Positions 1 through 12,140 of a DNA stretch of 64,000 bases are shown here, piece after piece. Position numbers and translations under genes: made by a program. The stretch comes from Octopus sinensis. Taxonomy: Eukaryota. The stretch lies in the NCBI RefSeq assembly GCF_006345805.1, contig NC_043001.1, forward strand, positions 83,576,001-83,640,000, given 5' to 3'. Within the stretch, counting starts at the first letter, position 1; each line of letters opens with the position of its first letter. The notes below the pieces were generated by a model. That model saw only the letters and a list, made by a program, of their open reading frames with translations. It had not been told where the DNA came from and ran no database searches.

Positions 1-542
1 CCAATTTCCAGTACTTGGAGTTGCTCGTTTCCGATCAACAGCTGGTAAATTGAGCCTGGTTTTCTTTTGCATATCCACTGTCAGAATATTTTTTGAAATA
101 TGAAATGAAACTTTGAAAGAAATGCATATTCTTATAGTTTTTTCATTTAAAAACCATTGTGAACAACACATGTGAAGACAACTGCTTCAAGTTCATGGTT
201 TTGATTTAATTTCTGATTCTCCTGGTAAAATTGTTCTCAACATTATAAACTGTATATTGCATTTCTGTTTAAGCAATGTTCCAAAATAATACTTTTAATT
301 AATGTTTTCAAAAACAATAAGTGTCTATGCAGGTGTTCATTTTGCATGTGGCTGTGCAAAAGAATACATATATACATATATACATAAACAGAATTATATA
401 TTTATGTATACATATACACATATGCCTATATACATATACTTACATATAGACATGCACACAAACATATTAAAACATATATCAATAAAACCCATTAATCAAA
501 CATTTCAAAGATCAATGTCTTTTTTCTGAACCAGAACAAGAT

Positions 543-803
543 TCAAGGAGGCTTGTATTTGCATAAAAGATACTTAGCCATATGCATACAAGGCGTTAAC
601 AGTTCATTTCCTTTGTTCAAACTATTGGCGCCTTGAGTCAAAATACTCAGTTTTTCATTCAAACAAAAGTCACACTGTATCTTTGATTTGAGGTTTCCAT
701 TCCTGTAAGGTTGCGTATTATCTACAATAGACCAGGTAATTTTGAATTCATGAGGACTTGTCTCACACAAGAACCATATAAATTTTGACAAAGCTGAGCA
801 CAT
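543..803 (-). mobile_element. Penelope-like retroelement fragment (GIY-YIG endonuclease C-terminus)
   Basis: LSKFIW..FKITWSIV...PYRNGN..CDFCLNEKLSIL...LNKGNELLTPCMH matches the LSxxIW / PY / CxLCxxEKxxI / LLNxRxE-CxH tail of PLE proteins. Confidence 0.8.
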
Positions 804-869
804 TTTCTATCAGGGTTATGCTTGTGCTTGTGCTTGTAATGCTTATGCTTGTAATAACGGTTTTTGAAT

Positions 870-1859
870 GTGAGTTCCATTGCCCTAATATATGTTTAGG
901 TGGTCACAGTTTCCTATCCCACTTTCTTTTGCCATGAGCAAAAATAAAACTCAGGGCCAAACACTAAAAGTTGCAGGATTGCAACTTGAAGAACCATGCT
1001 TTTCACATGGCCAACTTTATGTAGAAGCATCACGTGTGGGAGAAAAGGCAAATCTTTTTGCTTATGCACACCAAAATAAAACAAAAAACATTATTTATAA
1101 AGAAATATTCACTCTTAATACAACATGAATACTTCAATAATTTAACGTGTATGACATCAATCTTTTTTCTACTTATACTTCAATAACTTAATCTGCTATT
1201 ACTGTCATTACATTTAAGAATGATTAAATTACCTATTTAAATGACCTGTATTGTATAATTGCCATCACTCTATTGATAAATAAAATAACACATATGATTA
1301 ATTTATTATTGTCATATGATAAACAAAAAGATGTTTGTGTATGAAATCCATCTTTTTTTTTTTTTTTACATCAATTATTATGTTTTTCTCTTATAAAATA
1401 CACTCACACAGGAGGAGTAAATCTAAATCTGTAGTGGTAGTCTCACCCTGGTTCAGATTTGAAACATTATGTAGGAGCATCATATGTGGGACCAAAAGCA
1501 AATCTTTTTGCTTATGCATCCCGAAATAAAACAAAAAAGATTGTTTACAAAGAAATATTCACTCTTAATGCAACATGAATACTTCCATAAATTAATTTTC
1601 CATTACTATCATTACATTCAAGAATAAAATCGATCTTTTTCTCCTTCAATTATTATATGCCTTTCTCTTATAAAATACACAAATACAGGGGGTTCATGTA
1701 TGAAATTGATCTTTTTTCTACTTCAGTTATTACATATTTTTCTCTAATAAAAATACACACATACAGGAGGAGTAAATTATATATATAATAATACTTTCAA
1801 TGTGGCTCTCGAGAAACAGTAAAAGTAATTACCCGATGAACAGCAGGTGTTACTGCTAG
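870..1859 (+). mobile_element. Helitron 3' part (Pif1 helicase C-terminus, internal duplications, CTAG end)
   Basis: QFPIPLSFAMSKNKTQGQTL...FSHGQLYVEASRV is a decayed QFP/AMTINKSQGQT/FSHGQLYVAxSRV motif. Segment about 1017-1200 is repeated at about 1467-1620. The element ends ...CAGGTGTTACTGCTAG|T at 1859. Confidence 0.85.
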
Positions 1860-2170
1860 TATATATATATTTGTGTAAATGTTGAACAATGGGAATGAGT
1901 GCTCAGCACTGCATTGTGGGTGTAGGCAACATTATAGGAAAATATACACCTTGGTGTTCTGCATTTATCTTAGTAGACACTAACAATCCTCAGTGGGTTA
2001 CTTCTACTCTGCATCCACTGATAAATGATGCTATTTTCTTACATCACTGTTTGGATTTAGTTATATAGTCACCTACACATTTGGGTAAAGGGTCAAAGAA
2101 AACATGATTGGCAGATCACAGAAAAAAATTTCATATAAATCTTCATCCTTGTGGAAGCGCTTGATAAACT

Positions 2171-2402
2171 TTAACCCTTTTGATACCATGTTTCAGTTGG
2201 CTTTTGTTTCAATTAAGTTTGAAGAATTTAATGAAATGTTTATAAAAGAACCAAATAAAACATGCTATTATTACCAAGGTGTTTGGAACATTAATTAACA
2301 TGAAATTTTGATGGAAGGTTCTAATTGAGATCACTTTAAAACATGTAGTTTGTATCATAGATTCAGGGACAGCCGCAGGTAGGTTGGTATTGAAAATGTT
2401 TT
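2171..2402. mobile_element. TTAA-CCC type MITE (piggyBac-like ends), decayed
   Basis: Left end TTAACCCTTTTGATACC; right end GGTTGGTATTGAAAATGTTTTA is a degenerate inverse. Confidence 0.55.
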
Positions 2403-2454
2403 ACCTCTTTGATAACAATCTGAGAGAGACTCTCCTAGACAGAAAGATATGAAA

Positions 2455-2686
2455 GGCGGCGAGCTGGCAGAAACGTTAGCACGTCGGGTGAAATACTTAG
2501 CAGTATTTCCTATGCCGCTACGTTCTGAGTTCAAATTCCGCTGAGGTCGACTTTGCCTTTCATCCTTTCGGGGTCAATTAAATAAGTACCAGTTACGCAC
2601 TGGGGTCGATATAATCGACTTAATCCGTTTGTCTGTCTTTGTTTGTCCCCTCTGTGTGTAGCCCCTTGTGGGCAGTAAAGGAATAA
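2455..2686 (+). mobile_element. SINE family S1 (GGCGGCGAGCTGGCAG head, about 230 bp)
   Basis: Representative copy. Others are at about 4527-4755(+), 5190-5370(+), 15683-15908(-, 17-bp TSD ATAACCAGCAGCATACC), 19797-20436(-), 32737-32868(-), 34650-34810(+), 43975-44180(-) and 49570-49760(+). Confidence 0.85.
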
Positions 2687-4374
2687 GAAAAATACGAGCA
2701 GTAGGCTTGGATTAATATATAGGTCAGCAATAGTGAACCGTTTAAGCTCAACAAATTGAAATCTAAAACATTTTAATAATCCTACACTTACAAATAAGTA
2801 GTCTGTTTTATCAATGCATTTATAAAACTTGAAGATTAATAAAATATAACTTGAAATTTCAAAAAGTTACCTGAACTTCAAAGTCTTTTTCATTGCTGTG
2901 TTTGGGAAGAAATTTGCTTTACGGAAGAAATAAAAAAGCATAAATTTCAATGCTATGGATACAGCATTCTAGTCATCACTAATTGGTTTATCTGGTTCAT
3001 TTTCATATTAGTTACTATGAGAACAATGTTCCCCATGAATATGTTAATGAGAAAATGGTAAGGAATACTTTTTCAAGAATTTTAAGAGAGTCAAAATTTC
3101 GTTTCAAATGCAGTTCCACAAACTCAGAAGTTTACAGTCTAAATATTTTATATACATTCCTGTTCAATTTGTTTTACACTATGCCCCTCCCCTCTCAAAG
3201 ATTCCTTGTCTTGCAAAGTTACTAGGTGGCCCAGCCAGTGCAGGTAACACTTAAAAAGTATCCAGCCCACACTGTAAAGTGGCTGGCATTTGGAAGGTCA
3301 TCCAGCTGTAAAAACTATGTCAAAACTGACCTCGCCTGTACTGGTGCCATGTAAAAAGCACTTAGTCTACTCTGTGGAGTGGATGATGCTAAGAAGGGCA
3401 TCCATCCATAAAAAATCTATGCCAAAACAGACATAGAAGTATGGTGTGGACTACTGTCTGGCCAGCTACTGTCAAACTGTCCAACCCATGCCAGCATGGA
3501 AGGAGGAGGAGATTGATAGTGGAGTGAAATTTTGCTTCCAAACAGAAAGGGATCCATGGTCAACTGACTGCATTTCTAGATCTATTAAACGTCTCTAAAT
3601 ACAAATATGAAAAATTTGCTTCATTTTATATATTCATACAAAGCTTTGCTTTCATCATCATTATTATTGTCATCATTTTCACGTCCATTTATACTTGCAT
3701 GAGTCAGACAGAGCTTATTGAGGCAGATTTTCTAGAGTCAAATACCTTACCTGTCACCAACTCCTCATCTGTTTGCAAGTAAAGAAATATTTCTACATGG
3801 CCTGATATGTTCTCCCAGAATATTAGAAATGGATGACACTGCTTATATGACAGTGACAATCATTTTTCAACTAGCATGTGATGTCGAAGCAAGGACACAC
3901 ACACACACAGACATACGACAAGCTTCTTTCATTTCAGTTTCCAACTATGAAATCAAGGCTTTGGTTGGCCCGGGGGCTATAGTAAAAGAAACTAGCCCAA
4001 AGTGCCCAGCAGTGGGACTGAACTCCAAACCATGTAGCTGTAGTTGTAAGGTAAACTTCTTACCACACAGCCGAACTTAAACTATGATTATACGACATCT
4101 CTACTTCCATAACCTTTGGTCGACGTTGGTCCTAGTTTATTACCCTTCATCAATAATGAAATACTTTAATTATACAGCAAGTGTGAAACAGTATTTAGAG
4201 CATTTACACTTAGAACTAAATCAGGTTGATTGATTTGAATATTAGACACATTTTTGACTGTTACTTCTGTTATGTAAATTACTTACATGCCAACTGTTGA
4301 TAGATTTCATACAAAAGTGTTATTATGAAGCATTTCCATAAAGTTTATGGCTGTCACTGCTTTGGTAAGTCAAA

Positions 4375-4848
4375 TTTAATTCTTTAGCATTTAGATTATT
4401 CTGTCAAATGTAATGCTTATTTATCCACATTGTTTTGAATTAATCATGCATTAACTTGTAATTTCAGGATTCCAAAAATGTGATTATTTGTTTTTTGAAT
4501 GACATTATAGGGTATATATGCGTAAGGTGGCGAGCTGGCAGAAACATTAGCATGCCGGGCGAAATGCTTAGCGGTATTTCGTCTGCCGCTATGTTCTGAG
4601 TTCAAATTCCACCGAGGTCGGCTTTGCCTTTCATCCTTTCAGGGTCGATTAAATAAGTACCAGTTACGCACTGGGGTCGATATAATCAACTTAATCCATT
4701 TGCCCGTCCTTGTTTGTCCTTTCTGTGTTTAGCCCCTTGTGAGTAGTAAAGAAATGGGTATGTACGCGTGGCCAAATCTGGCCAGTTTGAACATAAAACA
4801 GGTAGCATATATGGGCTGAATGTGAGCAATTTAAATGCTAAAGGGTTA
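4375..4848. mobile_element. TTAA-flanked MITE (TTAACCCTTTAGCATT ends) with nested S1 SINE
   Basis: Ends TTAATTCTTTAGCATTTAGA ... TAAATGCTAAAGGGTTAA. The same family occurs at about 11690-12226, 35968-36120 and 36628-37131, each also carrying a SINE. Confidence 0.75.
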
Positions 4849-4883
4849 AAGTAGGCAGTAAAGCAGATATTGGACTGTTAAGG

Positions 4884-5172
4884 AAGCAAAACCTGGAATC
4901 AAAAGGCTTTGAAGTTAACCTAGCAAAAACCAAAGTTGTTGTTAGCAAGAAAGCAGATACAACTCTCTTTTCATCAGGTAAATGGCCTTGCTCAGTTTGT
5001 AAGAAAGGAGTGGGAAGTAATTCCATTCACTGTACCCAGTGTAAGCCATGGACACATAAGAGATGCTGTGGAATCACAGGTAGATTAATTGATAAGGTCG
5101 ACTTCATGTGTGGCAAATGTGCAGGCATAATAAGCACTAAGAACATGTGGGACTTAGATTCTCTCAAATGGC
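4884..5172 (+). mobile_element. RTE-clade LINE ORF2 fragment (end of RT plus C4HC3 PHD-like finger)
   Basis: Open frame KQNLESKGFEVNLAKTKVVV...GKWPCSVCKKGVGSNSIHCTQCKPWTHKRCCG...FMCGKC. The GLxVNxxKTKV motif is the RT C-terminal motif. Confidence 0.8.
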
Positions 5173-5537
5173 CAACCCATAGGTTGGAGAGCTGGCAGAA
5201 TTGTTAGCACACTGGGTAAAGTATTTAATGAAATTTCTTTTGGTTCTTTACATTCTGAGTACAAATTCCACTGAGGCCAAATGTGCCTTTCCTCCTTTCA
5301 AGGTTGATAAAACAAGAACTAGTTGAGTACTGGGCTCAATGTAATTGATTACCCTACTCCCAACAAAATTTCTCTTGATCAACGACAGGTGTTACTGCTA
5401 GTATGTATATATATATATTTATATATATATACATACATATATATATATATATATACATACATATATACATACATATATATATATATACATACATATATAT
5501 ATATATAATACATACATATATATATATATATTATATA

Positions 5538-5568
<31 letters not shown>

Positions 5569-5580
5569 TATATATATATA

Positions 5581-5613
<33 letters not shown>

Positions 5614-5614
5614 T

Positions 5615-5667
<53 letters not shown>

Positions 5668-5726
5668 ATAGAAATGGTAAGACAGCAAAAGAATGAAAGT
5701 GACCTCGATATGTAAACAGAGGAATT

Positions 5727-5984
5727 TATCTGTAAATATAATACGTGACAATTATTCGATAGCCATGATAAAACTCCGAGTTTCGGATTTCGGGGCGGAA
5801 ACCCATACTGCCATCTCTTCAGTTATCCAGCCATTGAAAGAATGCTCTAATTAGAATAAGACTTCGAAGCATTTTTTCGATGGCTGGATAACTGAAGAGA
5901 TGGTGGCGTGGGCTTCCGCCCCGACATCCGAAACTCAGAGTTTTATCATGGCTACCAAATAATTGTCACATATTATATTTACAG

Positions 5985-5987
<3 letters not shown>
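5727..5987. mobile_element. Fold-back element with about 120-bp inverted arms, each carrying a type I hammerhead-like motif
   Basis: Arms 5727-5846 and 5868-5987 are reverse complements. CTGAAGA...CGAAAC at 5892-5934(+), mirrored at 5822-5780(-). Confidence 0.8.
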
Positions 5988-6035
<48 letters not shown>

Positions 6036-6216
6036 GAAAAAAGCAACAAGAATGGATCAATATTTCGGTACAATTATTTCGTACGAAGACAGCTTTATCA
6101 AGGCTGCAAATATTGCAGTAAATATAAGTGACCCATACTCATCAGCCGAAAAAACATCTGGGTTCTCCAAACATCTAAGGGGGTGGTGTTACACTCCTGA
6201 AACATCAGGGATAGTT

Positions 6217-6247
<31 letters not shown>

Positions 6248-6939
6248 TGCATAAATGTTGAACAATAAGAATGAGTGCTCAGCACTGCATTGGTGGATGA
6301 AATTTCTTCATGTGTGTATTAAGGCTACCATTTGTTTCATGTTAAGAAAATATCTTAATATCTTAACAAATTTTCAAGCCAGTCACTTGGAGGAATGGTG
6401 TTCATCGCCATATATGTATATATATTCATAGCGCCCATTATGTGAGTGTAGGTAACACTATAGGAAAATATATATTGTTTGGTGTTCTGCATTTATCTTA
6501 GTAGACACTAACAATCCTTAGTGGGTTACTTCTATTCTGCATCCACTGATAAATGATGCTGTTTTCTTACATCATTGTTTGGATTTAGTCACATAGTCAC
6601 CTACATCACCTACACATTTCGGTAAAGAGTCAAAGAAAGCATGATTGGCAGATCACAGATACTGCCTATAGTATAATGAATTACATGTTCATCAAATGTT
6701 CTCTCTAAATTTGTATTATAGATCTAGGAGTAGTCTCAGATGGATTAGTACCAAATCCGCTTTTAACATTCTTAGACAGAGGGATATGAGCAGTTAGATT
6801 AAATTAGTAAAGGTTAGTGATAACAAACCTTTTAAGCTCAATGCGTTGAAATTAAAAAAATTTTTCATTATCCAGTAATTAAAATGTCACAAGATACAAA
6901 TATTTTAATATTAGGTTCATTACACATTCATCTAACATA

Positions 6940-7100
6940 GGCACAGGCATGGCTGTGTGGTAAGTAACTTGCTTGCCAGCCACATGGTTCTGGATTCGGT
7001 CCTATTGTATGGCATCTTGGGTAAGTGTCTTCTACTATAGCCACAGGCCAACCAAAGCCCTGTGAGTGGATTTGGTAGGCAGAAACTGAAAGAAGCCTGT

Positions 7101-7144
<44 letters not shown>

Positions 7145-7360
7145 GTATGCATGTATGTTTGTGTGTCTGTCTTTGTCCCCACACCATCGTCTGACAACTG
7201 ATGTTGGTGTGTTTACATCCCCGTAACTTAGCAGTTCAGCAAAAGAGACCAATAGAATAAGTATTAGGCATACAAAGAATAAGTCCTGGGATCGCTTCGT
7301 TCGACTAAATGCAGTGCTCCAGCATGGCCACAGTCATATGACAAAAAGAAATAAAAGAAT
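6940..7360 (+). mobile_element. SINE family S2 (tRNA-like head, CORE-like ACCTTGGGCAAGTGTCTT block, internal TA/TG microsatellite, about 400 bp)
   Basis: Representative copy. Near-complete copies are at about 19235-19615(+), 20596-20978(+), 22372-22768(-), 41925-42325(-), 49045-49432(+), 52032-52417(-), 54050-54445(-) and 57481-57930(-), plus many fragments. Confidence 0.85.
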
Positions 7361-10049
7361 ACCCTCAAACTTTTTGTTTTTTGTTTTTGCTGTGGGTACA
7401 TAGAGAAATTTGCATCATGTTTAAATTTTTTTTTTTTTTACATGTGCATCCACGTGAGTAACCATCAATTAAAAATTTGATTTCATAATGAAAATCATGT
7501 GAGCACATTTTTTCCCTTCCCTTGTTGTAAAACATGTGCACATGCAAATAACTTAGATGGAACACCATCTGTGACTCTCATTTATTCTTCATGGTGACAT
7601 TGTATAATATAAACATGACAGATGTTTATAACTGCCTCTTGCATCCCATAAATTTGATTAGCTTATGAAAGCAGTGGTAAATTTTACTAATTTTCAAAAT
7701 AAATTTAAATACAGTGTATTTCAACAGTTACACAGTAACAAAAGGGTTATGATGGTATATTGTGATCTTAGACAATTTGGCTGTTATGTCTAGCAACCAT
7801 GTAGAGCTTTCCTCATTAGCTCATTGATCAGTTTGTTGTTGTGCAACCCATCAGATCTAAATTGTCCAAGGTTACACCTCGTTTGACTAGTTTGCAATTA
7901 GTGACTGATGGACAATGAAGCTATTATTTACTTTAGTTTGACAGCCAAATACATAATATAGATTTTATTATTTTTTTTTTTTATTTCAGTCATTGGACTG
8001 TGGCCATGCTGGGGTACTATCTTGAAGGACAACAAATCAACCTAGATACTTATATTTTTAAAGGCTGGTACTTATTATATCAGACTCTTTTGCTGAACTA
8101 AATAATAGGGACTTAAGCAGACAAACACCAATTGTTAAGTGAATGGTGGTGGTGGGGAAAAACACATGTGTTTGTCCCCAACAGTCATACACATACATTT
8201 ATATGAGAGGGTACAAAAAAGTTCCTGGCTTTGGGTAAAAGAAAATACAGGAGGATCAGTTAATTATAATTTTATTCAACACATTTCCATCTCAGATTCA
8301 CCCACTTATTGCAGTGGTCCTTCTGTTTATCTAAGCCCTGTAAAAGAACTTGGTAGGTTGGACTTCCAACCAGGCCTTTCACAATAACATTTTCATCATC
8401 CAACACAAGATCACCTCCTTCAATGCCTCCTCCCCTCTTGAATGCCTCTATTTTTTTTTTGTCTTGAAAGTACTTGGTGACCCTGTCAGTGCAGATGCCA
8501 CTTAAAAGCACCCAGTCCACACTGTAAAGTGGTTGGTGTTTGGAAGGACATCCAGCTGGAAAAAGTTTGTCAAAACTGACCTCATCTATGCTTGTGCCAT
8601 GTAAAAAGCACTAAGTCCTCTCTGCTGAGTGGTTGGTGTTAGGAAGGGCATCCAGCTGTAAAAGTCCTGCCAAAACAGTCACAGAAGTCTGGTGCAGGCT
8701 TTGGCCTGGCCGGCACTTGTGAAACCATCCCACCCATGCTAGCATGGAAGGCAGATGTTAAACAATGATGATGATGATGATGATGATATGTGTGTGTGTG
8801 TGTATGTATGTGTGGTGGGGTCCACATAACTACCATTTATCAAATACAGGGACAAGGCCCTGGTTAGCACAGGGCAATAATAGAAAATACTCGCCCAAGG
8901 CGCCATGCAGTGGGACTGAACCTGAAACCACATGGTTGCAAATTAAGCTTTTTAACCACACTGCCATAATATCCTGAAACTGTGTCTTTTACCGGCATTA
9001 GAAAGAGATTTTGAATTTAAGGTTTTTCAAACATGTTTCAAGTCTATTCTTGAAACTGGTCGATTTACCTAATGACTTGAAAACTTCCTTTGATGAATAA
9101 TTGATTCCAATTTATTTTCGTTCTTAATTAGTTTGAGAAAGTCTACAGCCAGTTTGGCTATAATTCAACCTCGTTACATATGTCTTAACTAATTTATATG
9201 AATCACCTTTTTATTCTTCCATCAGTTGGTTGTCTAACAAGTTGACAACCTCCCTTGTTAATTGATTTGACTGCTTTGTTTATCATTGCTGCTGCTGTTT
9301 AACCCCAGGTCAGGCTTGATTGAGTAGATCTATTACACTGGGTAACACAATTTTTGTTCTTAGGTAGCAACTGTTTCCTATTTGCTTACCCCTAGAAAGT
9401 ATGAAAAATGGCTAATATTTCCTTCAAACTTAGTTTTTGCTACAATTATTCAAACCCCAAAGAATCCCTCTCTGCACATGGCTATGATGCTCCCCCAATA
9501 CTCCTGCTCATGATCAAAGATGCACATATTGTCTGCTACTAAGGGACATGTTCAAGTGGTTATGGTCAAGCAACTGATACTCCTAGAAAGTATGAAAAAT
9601 GGCAAATATTTCCTTCAAATTTTGCTATGTTTATTCAAATCCCTCTCTGCACATGGTTATGATGCTCCCCCACTACTCCTGCCCATGATCAAAGATACAC
9701 TTATTGTCTGCTACTAAGGGACATGCTCAAGTGGTTAAGGTCAAGCAAGTGACAAGCAAATCTGTGGTACTGAGCAAAATATTTGCTATAACAATATTTC
9801 TGCTTCAGTACCTCAGTACTGAATCTCTCTGAAATGTAATGGAAAATTGGTCAGTTTCAAAACATTGATGTGAAGGTCACAAAAGCAAAGTTTGAAGGGA
9901 ATAGTAGTCATTTCCTTTTATTTCTAGATAGAAGCAAATAGGAAATAACACTTACTGGCCTAACACAAAAAAAAGATAAAATAAAAATTTTGTTACAATG
10001 ATATCAAAAGCATTCTATCCTGTTTTTAGCTTTTGTTCCTCAGCCACAG

Positions 10050-10109
<60 letters not shown>

Positions 10110-10515
10110 GTAATAATAATAAATACCAAAACGAATTTGTGTGTCAGTGTGTCACACTTTGACCCCCGCCTCTCACTATTCAATGACACTTCTACTATTC
10201 CTCCAGCTGGGGCGTGAGTAATAGTAGGCATAAAGACAGTAAAGGTGGTAATAGATTGATAGTTGTGATGGTAATGGGGTGATAATAATAGTATGAGCTG
10301 TAGTTGTGATAGAGGAGGAGGCGACGGACATGATGGTGATGGTGGTGGTGGTAGCCGAGGCAGTCAGGGATGACGATGATAGTAGGCGATGTGAAAGACA
10401 GTGCTGATGGAGGGAAAGGTGGCGAAGTTGAAGGTATTGATGGTGGTGGCATCAGAGGTCTGCATGGCAGTTATGGTGGCAATGGTGGTGGTACTGGTGA
10501 TGGTTGAAGACAATC

Positions 10516-10556
<41 letters not shown>

Positions 10557-11098
10557 TAGACAGAAAAACAAGACAGGAAGGATATCTGTAGAAAATGCGC
10601 TTCAACAAATTCCATTTGACCCATGCAAGCATGGAAAAATGGTAATTAGATGGCGGTGGTGATAATGCTAATCATGTGCATCATTCTGTATTTCTAAAGA
10701 TAGTAAAGTGTGGAAAGAGAGTGACATGCCTGCTATTTCTAGCAGGTCAAACTACTATAAAGGGGTTTCCACACTGGCTTTGGTTATTTCTTATTGATTT
10801 TTTTTATTGCTTGTGAAAGTCTTCATTCAGGTCACCTTAAAATAGGAAATTAGTATTATAGAACCAGGAATAGTCCCAGGCCGGTTGATATAAAAAAAAC
10901 ATTAACAGTATATGAAAAAAGGTATTTCAATGGAGTAATGCAGAAAAAAATGTTTTCAGGGTCTTTTATGATGGCCAGAAATTGTATCAGATACACTACT
11001 AGGCATCACATCAAATCCTGTTGCTATGAAAAAAAAAAAAAAATACAAATCTGAAAAGAAAAAAAAAGAAAGAAAAAACTGATTTCTAGATAACTTAC

Positions 11099-11194
11099 AA
11101 AATCTATTTTTGAGATCCACCAGAGACGATGAAGTTCTGTAAATTGTCGGAACATTCCCTTCAATGCCACAATTATAATTGAAGCCAGAACACA
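11099..11194 (-). CDS. SLC26: SLC26 coding exon 10 (CVLASIIIVALKGMFRQFTELHRLWWISKIDF; 96 nt)
   Basis: Acceptor ctcttttattccAG, donor GTAAGT. Encodes TM12. Confidence 0.95.
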
Positions 11195-11844
11195 CTGGAA
11201 TAAAAGAGAGAAAGAGAGAATTGAAATGAAGCAAGAAAATAAAATAAATTGTGCATTAAAACAGTGAAATGAAGAATTTGAAAGAAGTTTCACAGAGCAG
11301 TGCCAGGATATTAAACACCTTAATTCAGCCTTACAATATATGTCCCCATATTCCATACCACATACATTACCTTCTTCCAGCCCTGTGATATGCACACTCT
11401 ATCTCAGCCCAATAATATGCATGCACCTTCTATCTCAGCCCTACAATATGCAATTCTTTCTCCCAGCCCTACACTGTATATTCTCTTCTTACAATGTGTG
11501 CCTTTGTCTTCCAACCCTATAATGGGCATCCTTCACTAATTTTTTTCCCTATAACTTCCTGCATCCATCACTGTCTTTTACAGCAGCTGAAAAATCCTCC
11601 TCTCTCCCCATTTATGCGTCAGATTTTTTTTTTTAGTTGAATTATGAAATTGTTCAGAGCTTATGTGTGACCCTCAAATTTCAGCACCTTAACCCATTAA
11701 CATTTAAACTGTTGATATCCGACCCAAGTATTTTTTCTGTTTTATGCTCACAAGCCTCTCACATCCACCCTACAATGGCATTCCAAAAATATAAAAATCA
11801 CATCATCAAAAATTTCAAACTATGAGAAAAATATTCAAGCAAGG

Positions 11845-12140
11845 TTGTTGCCAGTGCTGCTGGACTGGCTCCTGTGCAGGTGGCACATAAAAAGCACCAT
11901 TTGAGCGTGGCCGTTGCTAGTACCACCTGAGTGGTCCTCGTGCCAGTGGCATATAAAAGCACCCACTACACTCTCAGAGTGGTTGGCGTTAGGAAGGGCA
12001 TCCAGTTGTAGAAACTCTGCCAGATCAGATTGGAGTCTGGTGCAGCCATCTGGTTCACCAGACCTCAGTCAAATTGTCCAACCCATGCCAGCATAGAAAG
12101 CAGACATTAAACGATGATGATGATGATGATGATGATGATG
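11845..12140 (+). mobile_element. SINE/LINE-tail family S3 (ends CATGCCAGCATGGAAAGCGGACGTTAAACGATGATGATG)
   Basis: Representative copy. Others are at about 3225-3510, 8470-8780, 13375-13880(-), 18330-18700, 36120-36545(-), 46060-46470, 61590-61735(-) and 63000-63240(-). It shares its tail with the RTE 3' end at 34985-35572. Confidence 0.8.

Noticed and set aside
1-80. Acceptor-like ctgacAG followed by two open minus-strand frames at the left edge, as a further SLC26 exon
   Set aside because: Neither frame is hydrophobic or resembles TM13-14/STAS, and the intervening exons are absent.
495-540. AAAGA/TCTTT hairpin + GAAA + TGTT just downstream of the Penelope fragment, as a hammerhead
   Set aside because: The position is suggestive but no CUGANGA core can be read; too degenerate to claim.
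2871-2978. CAG|GTAAC donor with a roughly 107-nt upstream segment
   Set aside because: In-frame stops and no SLC26 similarity.
4287-4356. 70-nt AG...GTAAGT segment, the size of the expected SLC26 linker exon
   Set aside because: The required phase contains TAA TAA, and there is no similarity to the PxxxxLG..TDxY motif.
5323-5751. IY/YI-repeat ORFs (also 57642-60396 and many others in the track)
   Set aside because: Translations of (TA)n/(CA)n microsatellites and SINEs, not genes.
10040-10510. Pro/Thr/His-rich minus-strand ORFs in the gene's sense
   Set aside because: Degenerate ACC/ATC trinucleotide sequence; frames switch and stop, and there are no convincing splice sites.
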